A stretch of 63,332 bases of DNA, counting the filler, from Octopus bimaculoides (Eukaryota): assembly GCF_001194135.2 (NCBI RefSeq). It is 3 parts of 3 records of this genome, joined end to end, with 100 filler letters (N's around TTAATTAATTAA, not from the genome) between each part and the next. Parts side by side here need not be neighbours in the genome. Positions count along the whole stretch, not along the records: positions 1 to 25,404 come from NC_068985.1; positions 25,505 to 43,435 come from NC_069004.1; 1 more part is not named here. One strand, 5' to 3'. The stretch's first letter is position 1, and every line of letters starts with the position of its first letter. The position numbers were made by a program, and so were the translations under genes. The notes below the pieces were generated by a model, which was given only the letters and a program-made list of their open reading frames with translations, was not told where the DNA came from and did no database searches. This document shows positions 23,760 through 38,005 of the stretch, piece by piece.

Positions 23760-25070
23760 TGTCCCTGCCGTTAGGCTTTACTTTCACACACGTCAGCTTA
23801 ATTCAATTCATCCTTAGTCGAAAGACACCCGTTGTACATGTCCTGTTATTTGTAATTTGTACCATTTCTCCATTTTTTCCGTTTTTGTTTTCCTATACAT
23901 TCACTGTCTTCTTCCAAGGAATCTAGTGCTCTTAGCTTAGTTTTTCCTTGGGTCTGTCCAGAATGGAGCAATTTTTAGTATAATCAGCTGAAATTGCAAA
24001 GATAATCTGGAATTCAACTGAGGAAAGAAAACTCCGAATGACCTGTCCTTGTTTTACTTGTATCGTCTGTCTGGATGTTTTGTTGTCCCCATTTTTGTGT
24101 CACCTAACTCTCTGGATGTTTGCATTCTTGTTCCATTTTTGTATTTTTTATATATAAATATATATATATATATGTTTGTATAGACCTATATCTATGTATA
24201 TATACCTGTGTATATATATATATATGTATGTATACATGCATATGCTCATATATCATTTGTATTATTATATGTACATATATATATATATATATGTATATAT
24301 ATGCATGTATATGCATGAAGTGCACCATTTTGGGCGTGGCCGTGGCTGCCTGACTGGCCTTCGTAGAATTTTCGAGCGAGATTGTTGCCAGTGCCCCTGG
24401 ACTGGCTCTTGTGCGGGTGACACATAAAATACACCATTTTGAGCGTGGCCGTTGCCCGTACCGCCTGACTGGCCTTCTAGGATTTTCGAGCGAGAACGTT
24501 GCCAGTGCCCCTGGACTGGCTCTTGTGCGGGTGACACATGAAATACACCATTTTGAGCGTGGCCGTTGCCAGTACCACCTGACTGGCCTCCATGCGGGTG
24601 ACACGTAAAAGCACCCACTACACTCTCTGAGTAGTTGGCGTTAGGAAGGGCATCCAGTTGTAGAAACTCTGCCAAATCAGATAGGAGCCTGGNNNNNNNN
24701 NNNNNNNNNNNNNNNNNNNNNNNNNNNNNNNNNNNNNNNNNNNNNNNNNNNNNNNNNNNNNNNNNNNNNNNNNNNNNNNNNNNAAATCGTCCAACCCATG
24801 CTAGCATGGAAAGCGGACGTTAAACGATGATGATGATGTACATGCATGTATATGTATGTATGTACGTACATGTGTGTATATATATGTATGTATATATATA
24901 TGTATGTATGTATGTATATATATATGTATATATATATATGTGTGTGTGTGTGTATGTGCATGTGTATGCATTTCTTATTTTTCTCTCGTTGTTTCTTTCT
25001 GTGTTCCTTTCTGTAGAAGAGCATAGGCTCGAAACGTTAAAGACTTTTTCACTTCCCAATCGTTATACTA
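23760..25070 (+). mobile_element. Penelope-like terminal repeat fragments (23760-24150 and ~24965-25070) split by microsatellites and a SINE
   Basis: GAAGAGCATAGGCTCGAAACGTTAAAGAC carries the Penelope-type CGAAAC motif; the body is recognised from memory only. Confidence 0.5.
24312..24840 (+). mobile_element. CpG-intact SINE of the 19.6-kb family with expanded internal repeat (~110 bp x 2.5)
   Basis: CACCATTTT unit starts at 24323, 24432 and 24546; tail TTGGCGTTAGGAAGGGCATCCAG..GGACGTTAAACGATGATGATGATG. Confidence 0.88.
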
Positions 25071-25350
25071 CTACTCTGTAGTATTTCAAGATATTTTAAC
25101 GTAATTTTGGTAACTATACCTGTTAAAATGAGATGTCAGTATTGTTTTCATTTTTGTGCAATTTAGATGACAATATTATTCACTGCATCTTCTATATATC
25201 TATATATACTTCCTATATATATCATTATCATCATTTTCATGTTCACTTTTCCCTGCTTGCATGGGCTGAAGGAAATTTATTGAGGCTCATTTTCAGCCAG
25301 ATGTTCTCCCTATTGACAAATCTCAACTGTTTTCAAGTGAGATATTTACG

Positions 25351-25404
<54 letters not shown>

Positions 25405-25504
25405 NNNNNNNNNNNNNNNNNNNNNNNNNNNNNNNNNNNNNNNNNNNNTTAATTAATTAANNNNNNNNNNNNNNNNNNNNNNNNNNNNNNNNNNNNNNNN
25501 NNNN
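25405..25504. other. Artificial scaffold-join spacer N44-TTAATTAATTAA-N44
   Basis: Exactly 44 N + 12 nt + 44 N; identical structure at 43436-43535; the 12-mer gives stops in all six frames. Confidence 0.92.
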
Positions 25505-25729
25505 CTTCAATAGTCTTTCACGCTTGTTACGTGGGATATCTCGTGTCCTCATGGCACATCCAAAATGCTCCAAATAAAAATAAATATAAAATTAAGCAAA
25601 TAAATAAATGAATGAATTAAGTGAACAAAAAAAATAAAATAACAACAAAACTCCCCTAGATATCTATGTATTTTACACTTATCAATGTTGTCTCTACGGC
25701 GTTCATTACGGGATGGGGTTGTGTGTACA

Positions 25730-25760
<31 letters not shown>

Positions 25761-28697
25761 GAAATAATAATAATGATAATGATAATAATAATAATTTATT
25801 CCCCATGACAAAGGTGGCAAAGTTAATATTCAGTGTTAGTGTTGATGTCTAAAGATTAAGGCAGTTAAATCGTCGTAGTTTTCACCTTTACTTCATGTAC
25901 ACACAACGAAAAGATATATCTATTTACCCCACCATTAATCATAATAATTAAAAAAATATAATCAAAATATAATCAAAATATAATCCAGTCAGAAACATAG
26001 CAGTAATGTCGTTACAAAACAAAAGAAACAGTGATGTCGTTATAAAACGAAACAAAAGATAAAGTAAAAAAAAAAAAAAGAACTTAATTGTTGGTGACAG
26101 TATAGTTATTGTCTAGCTCATGGTTCCAGGACCATATTATTTCGCTGGTCATTTTGGAGAGGGTAGGATGTTAGTTGAGGGCAATTTGATTTTTAATTCT
26201 AACAAGTCGAGTGTCCAGAGTCAATTTCTCGTCTTTGTATCTCTTGATACAGCGGGCGTGTAGGGGAGATAACTCTACATAGAATAAATTCACCTTCCAC
26301 GAATTTATTTTGAAAGACGGTAATGAAATTACGGTAGCATGTTCAGTTTCGTCTTCTTTGATAAATTAAGCGGGCATCTAATTAATTGAAATGAACGGAG
26401 AGATTCCTTTGATGTCATACACTACTAAAACAATAGTCAAACTAACTTGCTCGGCGCTCTCATGCAGGATAGGTTTTTGTAATTTCTTGTAAGAGTTGTC
26501 TCCACCTACCAGCCATATATAAAATTTATTAATGAGGGTAGAAATTGATATTAATCAATTAAAACCAGTGGTCTAGCATATTAAAAAAATCCGAAGATTA
26601 AAATTATATTACATACAAAAATAAGAGGAATGACTAGCAAAAGTGGACTCCTATATGCTAGAAATAGATGCCGAATCATCTAACCACGAAAAAAATATGT
26701 TCTCAGTAAAAAATTTCAGCGACACAACAGACTGTAAAAGGGCAAGCAGACTCCTAACTTTAAGATTTTTAGGCTGTTAAGAGCGAAACTTGATCTCCCA
26801 GTCAAATCAATAACTTATACAATTTCACATGTCTTTTTTCAAAATCATATACCGTTCTGTACATCAAATTATCCTATAATTATCTCAACACATTTTGTGA
26901 ATTTGTCTTCTCGTCTGCTTCATTCTCATACTCTACGTATTTTTCCATTGAAACGAGCGTCAATAGCGCCGTGTTTTATTGTGTTCATTTCAGATTTCAA
27001 TGTCTTGTGCATTCTACAGTGTGTCGCAGTTCATGCCGTACTTATCTCATTGCATCATGAAGAAAAAAAAAACATCTGCATTGTCTGCACAATATTTTTA
27101 CATCGTGTGTATCCACACTGCATCATGACAAATCTGCATCATCTGCACAGTATCTCCGTCCGCGTGTCTATCAAATTGTATCTCATCAAACGTCTTTTTT
27201 TTGCACCACATTAAATAGAGGTTTTGTCGGCGTCAGCGTCCTCTGTACAACATCTGACTGTGTGTATCACCCTACTTTAACATCTTAAATTTAAAATTCA
27301 TCCTATCGTCTACATCCAAACACGTGTTGTGTTGTCACTACGTATAGAATAAAGCTGTTTCACTTGCACCTTACAACATTGTGTTCTTTGCCTTGCAATA
27401 TATTCTGAAACCGCTTCATACATCAACATAGCACAATCCACTAAAACATTGCACTTCGTTCATTGTTCTAAGTTTTTTTTCTTCATTATTTCGAAATAAC
27501 ATCAAAGACGACGGAATGGTGATAGAGGGACTAACTAAAATCCAGACCAACTAAAATCCAAACAGTATTTAGTTTCATCTCTCTATATTCTGAGTTCAAA
27601 TTGCATCAGAATCGACTTTGTCTTTGCCTCTCGATGAGGGTAGGGACTGCAAAATATGGTACCAGTTATACACGCGGGAAAATTGAATAAGCAAAGCCAT
27701 AATTCCATGGTACAGAAGATTGGCCGCTTGCTGCTAATGCGAAAACGGATTAGTTGCAACTAATTATTTTTAATGAGCCCATATATATATANNNNNNNNN
27801 NNNNNNNNNNNNNNNNNNNNNNNNNNNNNNNNNNNNNNNNNNNNNNNNNNNNNNNNNNNNNNNNNNNNNNNNNNNNNNNNNNNNNNNNNNNNNNNNNNNN
27901 NNNNNNNNNNNNNNNNNNNNNNNNNNNNNNNNNNNNNNNNNNNNNNNNNNNNNNNNNNNNNNNNNNNNNNNNNNNNNNNNNNNNNNNNNNNNNNNNNNNN
28001 NNNNNNNNNNNNNNNNNNNNNNNNNNNNNNNNNNNNNNNNNNNNNNNNNNNNNNNNNNNNNNNNNNNNNNNNNNNNNNNNNNNNNNNNNNNNNNNNNNNN
28101 NNNNNNNNNNNNNNNNNNNNNNNNNNNNNNNNNNNNNNNNNNNNNNNNNNNNNNNNNNNNNNNNNNNNNNNNNNNNNNNNNNNNNNNNNNNNNNNNNNNN
28201 NNNNNNNNNNNNNNNNNNNNNNNNNNNNNNNNNNNNNNNNNNNNNNNNNNNNNNNNNNNNNNNNNNNNNNNNNNNNNNNNNNNNNNNNNNNNNNNNNNNN
28301 NNNNNNNNNNNNNNNNNNNNNNNNNNNNNNNNNNNNNNNNNNNNNNNNNNNNNNNNNNNNNNNNNNNNNNNNNNNNNNNNNNNNNNNNNNNNNNNNNNNN
28401 NNNNNNNNNNNNNNNNNNNNNNNNNNNNNNNNNNNNNNNNNNNNNNNNNNNNNNNNNNNNNNNNNNNCAGTTAATTATAATTTTATTCAACATACTCTCT
28501 TCTTAGATTCACACACTTATTAGAGTGGTCCTTCAGTTTTTCTAAGCCCTGCAAAGGAACTTGGAAGGCTGGGCCCCCAGCTGGGCCTTTCGCGATACCC
28601 TTAAAACCAGGAACATTTTAGCACCCCTTCGTATATATGGCATTTAACACGTACCCAAGAATCTTAATTTCATTTTTTGTCAAACGTTAGGAACCCC

Positions 28698-28741
<44 letters not shown>

Positions 28742-29984
28742 CTCTGAATATGGTACCAGTAATACACGCAGGTAAATTGAATAAACCGCTACCCTTTGAT
28801 CACATGGGATTTCTTTCCAACAACTTAATTTGAGACGATATAGAATTAAGCATGTTACTCTACATACCCCGAAGCATTCACTTGCATTGGAATTGAACTT
28901 ATGAACCAGCATCTGGTCAAAATGGTTCTATTCTTATAGAATCCAGTTTCTCCTGTACCAAAACAGATCTCAAGTCATCTTTTGATAATAAAGTATTCAA
29001 AACGATTCCTTTACTCACACCACTTCCGCCATTGCTTTTACTATGCCATTGACTCACCTGTCTCATGCCGCACCGTGTTAACATGCAGTTTTCATTTTCA
29101 TTTTCATTAAAGAAAATTTATTTTTAGCATTTTGTCAAATTTTCTAACGTCATGTGTTTTATCACACATTATATGTTTTTCGTAATCACACACTTATGTA
29201 TGTTTTGTTATTACATGTAATATTGTGCTTGTCTTATATTATATCACATGTACATCTGTTGTGTTGAAAGAGTCACAAACCATTTGGTCTTACATTATGT
29301 CATACTATCGCAATTTCATTTAGCTCCGAACTTAATTTAAGCTTTAAGCTTTGCAAATTAGTGCAACACGAGAAACGAAATTATATAGCACATTTTAAAC
29401 ATACTTAAATACATAAAACTAACAGAGACTAAGTAACTTGTGCTTAATCTCTTCACTGGAGATAAAATAACTACCAAATATAGGTTATTTCTGAATAATA
29501 GAAGGGGCTATACAGTTTCAATACTCGGTTGTAGTTGCCCACGGTGACTATCAACAATTGTTGAAAGCCACAAATGCTAAGCCGTTTAGATAAAGAAAAC
29601 GCCGTAAGACTCATTAAAGGAAATTCTTGAGGAACCTGGGACCATCCCACACAAAGGTTATTTGTTGGTTTTGTGGAATTCTTGAGAAAATGGTTTTTGT
29701 TTAGTTACAGTTTTAGTTATTAGTTATTACTTTTATAGTTACCCGTGGTTACATAATGTTGCATGGTTACACTGAGGACATATATTCTGCACATATCTAA
29801 AAAGAAAACATATCTATATATAATATACAAACTATACAAAAGCGCACATGTATATCGAGCATATTATTATGGTCGTTGATAGTTTAAGAATCTGTTGTCC
29901 ATTATAAATCTTGAAGTTATTTAGTGTAGCGTGTTGGTAATATAATCTGTTTATCAGGTTTTCTCTTATATAATGGGTATTATT

Positions 29985-30578
29985 ATCAATATACATATAT
30001 ACATACATATGCATATATATATATGCATATATATANNNNNNNNNNNNNNNNNNNNNNNNNNNNNNNNNNNNNNNNNNNNNNNNNNNNNNNNNNNNNNNNN
30101 NNNNNNNNNNNNNNNNNNNNNNNNNNNNNNNNNNNTATATATATATATATATACATATATTTATATGTATAGATATATATATATATATATTTATATGTAT
30201 AGATAGATATATATATATGTCTATATATATGTATATATATATGTATATGTCTATATATATATGTATATATATATGTCTATATATATATATATATATTTAT
30301 ATATGTATATATATACACATATATATGTATATATATATACACACATATATATATATATATATATATATCTATATATATATAGGTATATATATATATATGT
30401 ATAGATATACATACATATATACATGCATGGACCAGTCACTGGATAGGTTTGGCACAGAAATGTTGACATAAAGTGGTGAATAAATAGATCTTGGATATAT
30501 CGAGTTTGAAGTCTCTGTCTCTGTTAAATATACAAATTTAAAAGTTAAAAACCTTGAAATATTTATATATATATATAT

Positions 30579-30659
<81 letters not shown>

Positions 30660-30845
30660 TATACATTTATATACATATATATATATACATATATATACAT
30701 ATATATATACATATATATACATATATATATACATATATATACACATATATATATACATATATATACACATATACATATATAGATATACACACATATATAT
30801 ATATGTACATGTATATACACATACACACACACACACACATCTATA
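29985..30845. repeat. (AT)n-based compound microsatellite
   Basis: Direct reading; source of the YIYI pseudo-ORFs. Confidence 0.95.
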
Positions 30846-31173
30846 TCAGAAAGAGACGAAATGAGATGAAAGGAGACCCTTACCAAAATATTGGTGTTTA
30901 CCTTGTTTTGTATTTCTTTACAATTTGTAATTGCAAATTGTTCACACCTTTCAGTTTTCTGAGAAGAAACACATATAAACAAAATTAACCGCAGCCAAGC
31001 AGAATAGAGAACCTATTTTTGTGAAGTCCAAGAAATAATCGCAATGACGCCATAAAAGAGTCAATGACGTCACAGTCAAATGACGAAGTTTGTTTAGAGT
31101 GCATGTATGCGCGTGTGTGTATGAGTGAGTGTGTGTATGTGTGAGTGTGTGTTTACACGCAAACGCACGCATA

Positions 31174-31881
31174 TTGGTTGATAAATATTCATCCGCAATT
31201 CCAACATCCGAAAGTTTTCCGAGTGAGAGGATTTCCGCAAATAGAAAAGTTTTAGAGAGCAATGGGAAGATTCTCAAGGGATGTCCAGCTGTTATAGACC
31301 TCATGTCGTGTGCTTTACTCCACGTTGAATATTTAGAGAAAGGCCTGCAAATATCCTCAGAGGTTACAGCGAAGAGAAAAAAAGATTGCATCAACATTTA
31401 TCAGCACCACAGAAAGTAAAGCTGATGGAAAAATATGACAACGATGTGTGGTTGACTGAACAATTTGTGCATGGGAACAACCGTTACATACGGCTTTAAA
31501 AATAGGACAAATTACTGAAGGTCTATGCTGAGAAGTTAATGAGAAAAGAAAGACAAATAAAACTCCACACCAGAAGCAAAAATGAAGATTCTGCTCGTGT
31601 GTTGGCAGAATGGATTCTCCAAAATTTGAAAAACTAAAGCAGCATACGGCGCATCTCTCTTAGGAGAAGAAATCATGGCTAACGACTTCTACGACGAAAA
31701 GATCCTTGTTATTGTAGCAAATATCAATTGAAGAATCGTTTCGTATGTTTTCTGCATAAACTCATGTGAGTATAAAGAATGGCTGGCATCATCAACGCCT
31801 GTGTATATGTCTACAAAATTATTTAAAACTTTTATAAATTCACTACATAGTCTATAATAAATTTATATAACTAACTTTAGG

Positions 31882-31930
<49 letters not shown>

Positions 31931-31999
31931 NNNNNNNNNNCATATATATATACATATATATACATATATATATACATATATATACATATATATATATAC

Positions 32000-32044
<45 letters not shown>

Positions 32045-32175
32045 AAAAATATAATTGGATAACATGGCTAACGTTCTCAAGATACGCCATTTTATAGATG
32101 CAAATATATAATCATTTCGAAATCCGGAACACTTCTAGTCCCAAGAATTTCGGATAAAGGATTATGAACTTGTGT
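31174..32175 (+). mobile_element. Tigger/pogo (Jerky-related) DNA transposon, internally deleted, with (AT)n expansion inside
   Basis: Frameshifted SEEKKRLHQHLSAPQKVKLMEKYD..LTEQF/GTT../DKLLKVYAEKLM..KNEDSARVLAEWI (CENP-B-type HTH region); right end CGAAATCCGGAACACTTCTAGTCCCAAGAATTTCGGATAAAGGATTATGAACTTG then TGTA. Confidence 0.82.
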
Positions 32176-33179
32176 ATATCTATAAGCCGTCTATCAGCGT
32201 ACAGTTTACAGTACGGAGCATTCGCAAAGTCGCTATCGTGGTGTTTGAATATGTTTCACCTGCTGAAAGGTATGTGGGCTTGTCATAGTATATAGAATCA
32301 TTTATTTCTTAAGACTCGCACTTTCTTTCTCTCTTCATCTCCGATCTATCTATCTATCTATCTACTTATCTATCTATCTTAGTGTTTATATATATACATA
32401 CATACATATACATATATATATGCATACACATACATTCGTCCGCATACACACACAGCGATTATTACACTAGTAGCATGGAGAACATTATTCAACTCTTCGA
32501 TCTGAAAGTGCTTGTATAATGCATGCGAACATAGTGCCAAAAAAATAAAAAAATAAAAAGAAGCAACGGATTTTATGGAACGTCAGATGCAAAAATGCGT
32601 GTGTGTGTGTAGGTAGCTAAGTAGGTAGGTAATTTATCCCCTCCTTTTATGATTCAATAAAACCTTTTGTAAGTTCTATTTCTCTCCTTTAATACCCCCG
32701 CCATATTTTTCTGCTATTTATCGTTCAGATTTCCTTTATTCTGTTTCGGTAAATGGTTTATACCAAATACCGTAGTATTTGATTGTACATATAAATAGCT
32801 TCTGTGTTATGGAACACACATATATATACACACACATACATTACATACACAAACATATATAAGACGTGCCGATGTTTACGTCTTTATGAATGTTTTGCAA
32901 CGTTATGTACGTATGTGTGTATTTATGTGGGTGTGTGCTTTACGTCGTATTAATTTATTTATTTATATGGACGTAGTCGATTCCATTATATTGATGTGCC
33001 AGAAATTGGTTTTGTTGATAGATAAATAGAAATTTAGTAAATCACACCACTCCTACGTCTACTGACAGACATTGGGTTTGGTTCCATTACCAAAGCAATT
33101 TTCAATTGCTTTGTTTCCTAAGAGACAAAACTATTTCTATTAAGAGTTATGAATATATTAGGAGCACCACACATCTGTT

Positions 33180-33530
33180 GCGTATGAAAAATTCAAATGA
33201 GCAGTTTTTATTCTTCTTTGAGAACTACTTCATCTCAGAGTCATTGTGCAAGAATTTGGTGCCGTAATGAAGTGCACCTAAAGATGGTGCCTTTATGCTA
33301 CTAACTTTAAATAGGACACCCTTGATGGAAACACGATGCATAAACTGAACAGTGATGCTGTCTTTTTTTTACCACTAACCTTCCACAGGCAGCGGTTTGT
33401 TAGTTAAGATTATAAAACCTGAAGATAGATTGGAGAGAAATTTGACGACTGTTCTGAGTTTGTTGATTGGTTCATAAGGTCTTGAAGAAATATCGTGTTT
33501 CTATACAAACACAGCTGTTTTTGATCTCAT
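33180..33530 (+). mobile_element. Possible very degenerate Tc1/mariner-superfamily transposase remnant
   Basis: Weak: ..NEQFLFFFENYF.. and VHKVLKKY..TQL recall the N-terminal and linker motifs of DD37-type transposases. Confidence 0.35.
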
Positions 33531-35824
33531 TGATTATAGTTCCAGTACATAGCGAGGAGGAAATAACAAAGATGAGGCCAATAATATTTGAATACGCAAG
33601 CGCACGTAAATACATTTAATGGTGGCTTATCTGTGCATAATAGTCAACGGGGTGTAATAAATCCTGAACATGCAGCAGCCATCACGCATAGTTTGTCGCC
33701 AAAATCCATGTAGAAATCTAATAACAGAGACCTTCCTCTCTCTAATATTAAGAAGCTGGCTGAAAACTAAAGCGTTGTCCTCGTTGCCCAGCCCCTCCTA
33801 CCACCTTTCAATCAACTTCGTCTAACGACTTATTTGATCGAAGTCTGCACTGTCGCTGGCTAAGCATGGAACATAAACCATTCATAAATAATCCTATATA
33901 CATAAATAATCCTATTTACAAGCTTTTCTTAATTGGTCCCGTCAGCAATCATCATCATCAGCATCATCATCATTATCCTCATATAATCTTATTATTATTA
34001 TTTCAAACAACATATGTAGGTGAAAAGAGAGCGAGTGGAATGTAATAATAATAATAATAATGATAATAATAATGATAATAATAATAATCTCGAATACTTC
34101 TTTTTCCTACTTTCTTTCTAATGGCATCTTTGTTCTTCATTAACATGAAACTATTAACAAAATTGGCAGATACTCAAACTGATGTACTTACATTATACAA
34201 CTTATTTCAAATTTAACCAACCTAGACATCTAGGACATAGGCACGTCTATGTGATTAAAGAATTCACGAGGCTACACGGGCCTTTGGATATGTTCCTTCA
34301 ACCAAAGCAGTAGGTTGACCAATTCTTTTTCAGGGGAAACTCTAAAGAACTCAGGCTTTATATATATATATATATATATATAAACATGTGTGTGGGTTTC
34401 AGTTGCTGATATGCATATAAGTATTGGTGTAGGATATAGATATCGGCAAAGGTAACAGAAGAAGCGGTGCTTTACGAACAAAGTCCCTTGTATTGTGGTA
34501 GACACTCTCTTGTCACTCTTGCCGTCAAAAATAGCGAACCAATTGTTGTCCCTTTGGAAACATGTGACCAACAACGTTATTGTTCACAAATCACGACATG
34601 ATGGTGGTGATGATGATGATAGTGGGATATTGTCGTTAGTTTTGAGGTTGTTTGGTACACTTTTGGAAGACAGTTTTCTCATCATGCCTCGCATTAATTA
34701 TTTCTCATCCCCACTTTCTTTAATACCCTGGAGGTACAACGAGGTACTTGGGGGCCACCATAAAATTTAATCTTTAATTAAGAATACATATATCAAGGCT
34801 TTGGAACTGTCGTTATTATTGCTGCAGCTAACACTGTTGCTGCTGTTGCTACTGCTGCTTCTTTTTGTTGAACTATATATCACCTTACCCGTGTGATGCC
34901 TACATGCGACTTGGTCGATTGAACCATTAACAGTCAAATGTCTTAACTACTGGTAGAATAACGGTGTGGTGGTGGCAGTAACAGGACACGAGCCAACGAT
35001 GCCCTCAACATAGCTATCATCACTCCCTGCCTATTATAAGTCACTGACTCTACCGCATTGGTTGCCAACATTTACCGAACTCAGAAATTTGTTGAGTTAC
35101 GAGAGTCACGAGTAATGTTTAACACAGAACAATCTAAAGTTTCAATTGTAGTTTCATTGCACATTGACGAATATAAATGATAAAATAATAATGCTAAGAT
35201 ATTAATCAGGCCATATATTATATCGTTTATAGAAAATCATTCCAGAAAGATATAAAAATAAAGCCGTGTAACAGACCGTGTACTATAACGCCCGTAGTTT
35301 ATCGTCTCATAGGATATAAGGCAAAGACGTACTAAAAATGAAAATATCAACATATTCTAATAATAGCACGAAGTGACAGTAGAGTAGGGCATGGTTGGAT
35401 GGATTTTCAATATATTAATGGTTGATGATTATATAGTTTTGATTTATAGTAATCCCCGATTTCTCCGGCGAATTACTATCAAAGTCGGCACTGGAAGGTT
35501 TGAGCACAAAATGTAGGGAAGAAAGAACCTAAATTGTAGGTTACGTTTAGTCCGGCATTTCATCGTTTTTATTCCACTCCATACTACTCAACAACATTTC
35601 GAGTATCATAGAAAATTTCCGTCATTCAGCTTATCGCTTCTAATGTCTGTCATATTTTCTGTGTGTACGTAGGTTCCAAATATGTAACGTTCCAGTGGTC
35701 ATGCTTTGCTTCTGGACAAATGTCTGTAAATACATCTCGTGAAAAAAAAAAAACAAAAACAAACCCAAAACAAGGAAAAAAGAACGTAAATGAAAGCTTA
35801 ACACTGTAGCAAATATTATCATCC

Positions 35825-36442
35825 TCAGTACTTGTCTGTACTTTATTTTATCGACCACGGCGGGATGAAAGGCAAAACTTACCACGGTGGAATTTGAGTT
35901 CAGAACGTAGTAGGACCTAAATACGGTTAAGGTTTTTGTCCGACGCGCTAACGATTCTGCCGACTCACGCCAAATAGATTCATATGTAGGCAGAAGGTCA
36001 GCAATTATAAGAGGGCGGGCGGACTAGGAAATACCATCGATCCCACAACTTGACAGTTGCTATATTTTATCGGCCCCGAAAGGATTGAAAGCAAAGTTGA
36101 TCCCAGCGGGAATTGAACTCAGAACCGGAATAAAGCATTTTCCGACGCTCTAACGATTTTGCAGGTTCACCGCCTAAAATAATAATGATTTCAAATTTTG
36201 GCAAAAGGCCAGCGATTTCGGAGAAGCGAGTGCAAGTCGACTTCATCGATACTTATTTTATCAAGTGATACTTATTTTATCAACTGGTACTTAATTTATC
36301 GTCCCCGAAAGGATGAAAGACAAGGTCGAACCCCTGCTGAATTTGAACCCAGAGCGTATAGACGGACAAAATGCCGTTAAGAATTTTGTCTGCGCACTAA
36401 CGATTCTGCGTGCTCGCCACCATAACAATGATAATAATGATG

Positions 36443-36495
<53 letters not shown>

Positions 36496-36730
36496 TTTTA
36501 AAAGCATTCACTAGACGACAAATCTGGAGAGGGTGTGTGATCAGTCATGGAAAACGACCGAAGTAGTTAACGGGTACGTTATTTCATTGACTGCCCACGT
36601 CCACCGAGGAGATGAAGGGCAAAGATGACTTTGGTCGATTTGAATCTAGAACTTGCCGGGAGAGATCAATATATCGCAAGGTATTTCGACCAACGTTCAA
36701 TCGATTCATACACTCGACCGTTTCACGTCG
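35825..36730 (-). mobile_element. Cluster of four same-orientation tRNA-derived SINEs around a (TAA)n tract
   Basis: Repeated reverse-complement motifs GCAGAATCGTTAG, GAGTTCAAATTCC and TTTGCCTTTCATCC..GGGGxCGATAAA at ~35830-35970, 36020-36175, 36190-36420 and 36590-36730. Confidence 0.85.
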
Positions 36731-37139
36731 ACGTTTTCCAAACAATATACAGACAAGACAGAAACATTTTTCATTTCATATAAGAAACATAGAATAAAAG
36801 ATGGACGATCAGAAAACAACGTTACAATTAGTTAATATTCATTAATATATTAACTTAATTAACTTAAAAATCAACATAATTTCTGACGGTGTCTGCCAAT
36901 TTCTTGTGTGGTTAAGTGTGATACCTTTATAGAGGTTTGCTGTTGCTGTTGTTTTAGATTTGTTATTGTTTTTTTTTTGTTGTTGTTGTTGTTATTATTA
37001 TTGTAGTTGTTGTTATTGTTGTTCTTCATCCTATTTATTTCCTGATTGGTTGAATCGGAATTGTAGCAGCCACGTTCGTAGGTTATCAGATTTATATTGT
37101 GATCCCAGCTACTCACCATTTATTTCACGGGATGTGTGA

Positions 37140-37141
37140 GT

Positions 37142-37196
<55 letters not shown>

Positions 37197-37858
37197 NNNN
37201 NNNNNNNNNNNNNNNNNNNNNNNNNNNNNNNNNNNNNNNNNNNNNNNNNNNNNNNNNNNNNNNNNNNNNNNNNNNNNNNNNNNNNNNNNNNNNNNNNNNN
37301 NNNNNNNNNNNNNNNNNNNNNNNNNNNNNNNNNNNNNNNNNNNNNNNNNNNNNNNNNNNNNNNNNNNNNNNNNNNNNNNNNNNNNNNNNNNNNNNNNNNN
37401 NNNNNNNNNNNNNNNNNNNNATGCACATGTGTAAGCATATTTATGTACATGTACGCGCATATGTGATACATATATACATTACATAAATATTTATATATAC
37501 ACATATACGTATCTATGTATAAATATATACGTATATACATACATATAGACTCACGATATATGATAATATTTATATACACATGTATAGGTGTGTGTATACG
37601 TGTATATATGCGCGCGCGCACAAACACATATATACATGTATATGACATACGTGTGTATGTATGTATACGCATTATGACTTACGCGTATATATCTATACAT
37701 TTGTATATACGCATGTATGACATACATGTGTTTGTGTGTATGTATGTATGTATGAGTATATATATGTATACACACATACACACACGTATGTCATGTATAT
37801 ATATATATATATATGTATGACATACGCGTGTGTATGTATATATAGACACATACTGATG

Positions 37859-37889
<31 letters not shown>

Positions 37890-38005
37890 ATACACACATG
37901 ACATACGCGTGTATGTGTATATATATACATATATATACACACATGTATATGAAATACTCGTGTATGTATATATGCACACGCACACACCCAACACACACAC
38001 ACATT
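37140..38005. repeat. (GT)n plus compound AT/AC/GT microsatellite region with gap
   Basis: Direct reading. Confidence 0.95.

Noticed and set aside
25449-25460. TTAATTAATTAA palindrome as a biological site
   Set aside because: Centred in identical 44-N flanks twice; an assembly linker.
26897-27480. Possible Helitron or other coding remnant (QCCKVQVKQL)
   Set aside because: Too little similarity and multiple stops in all frames.
30217-30988. YIYI, HTHT and CVCV ORFs here and at 37.5-38, 59-61 and 62.7-63.3 kb
   Set aside because: Translations of AT/AC/GT microsatellites, which lack stops in some frames.
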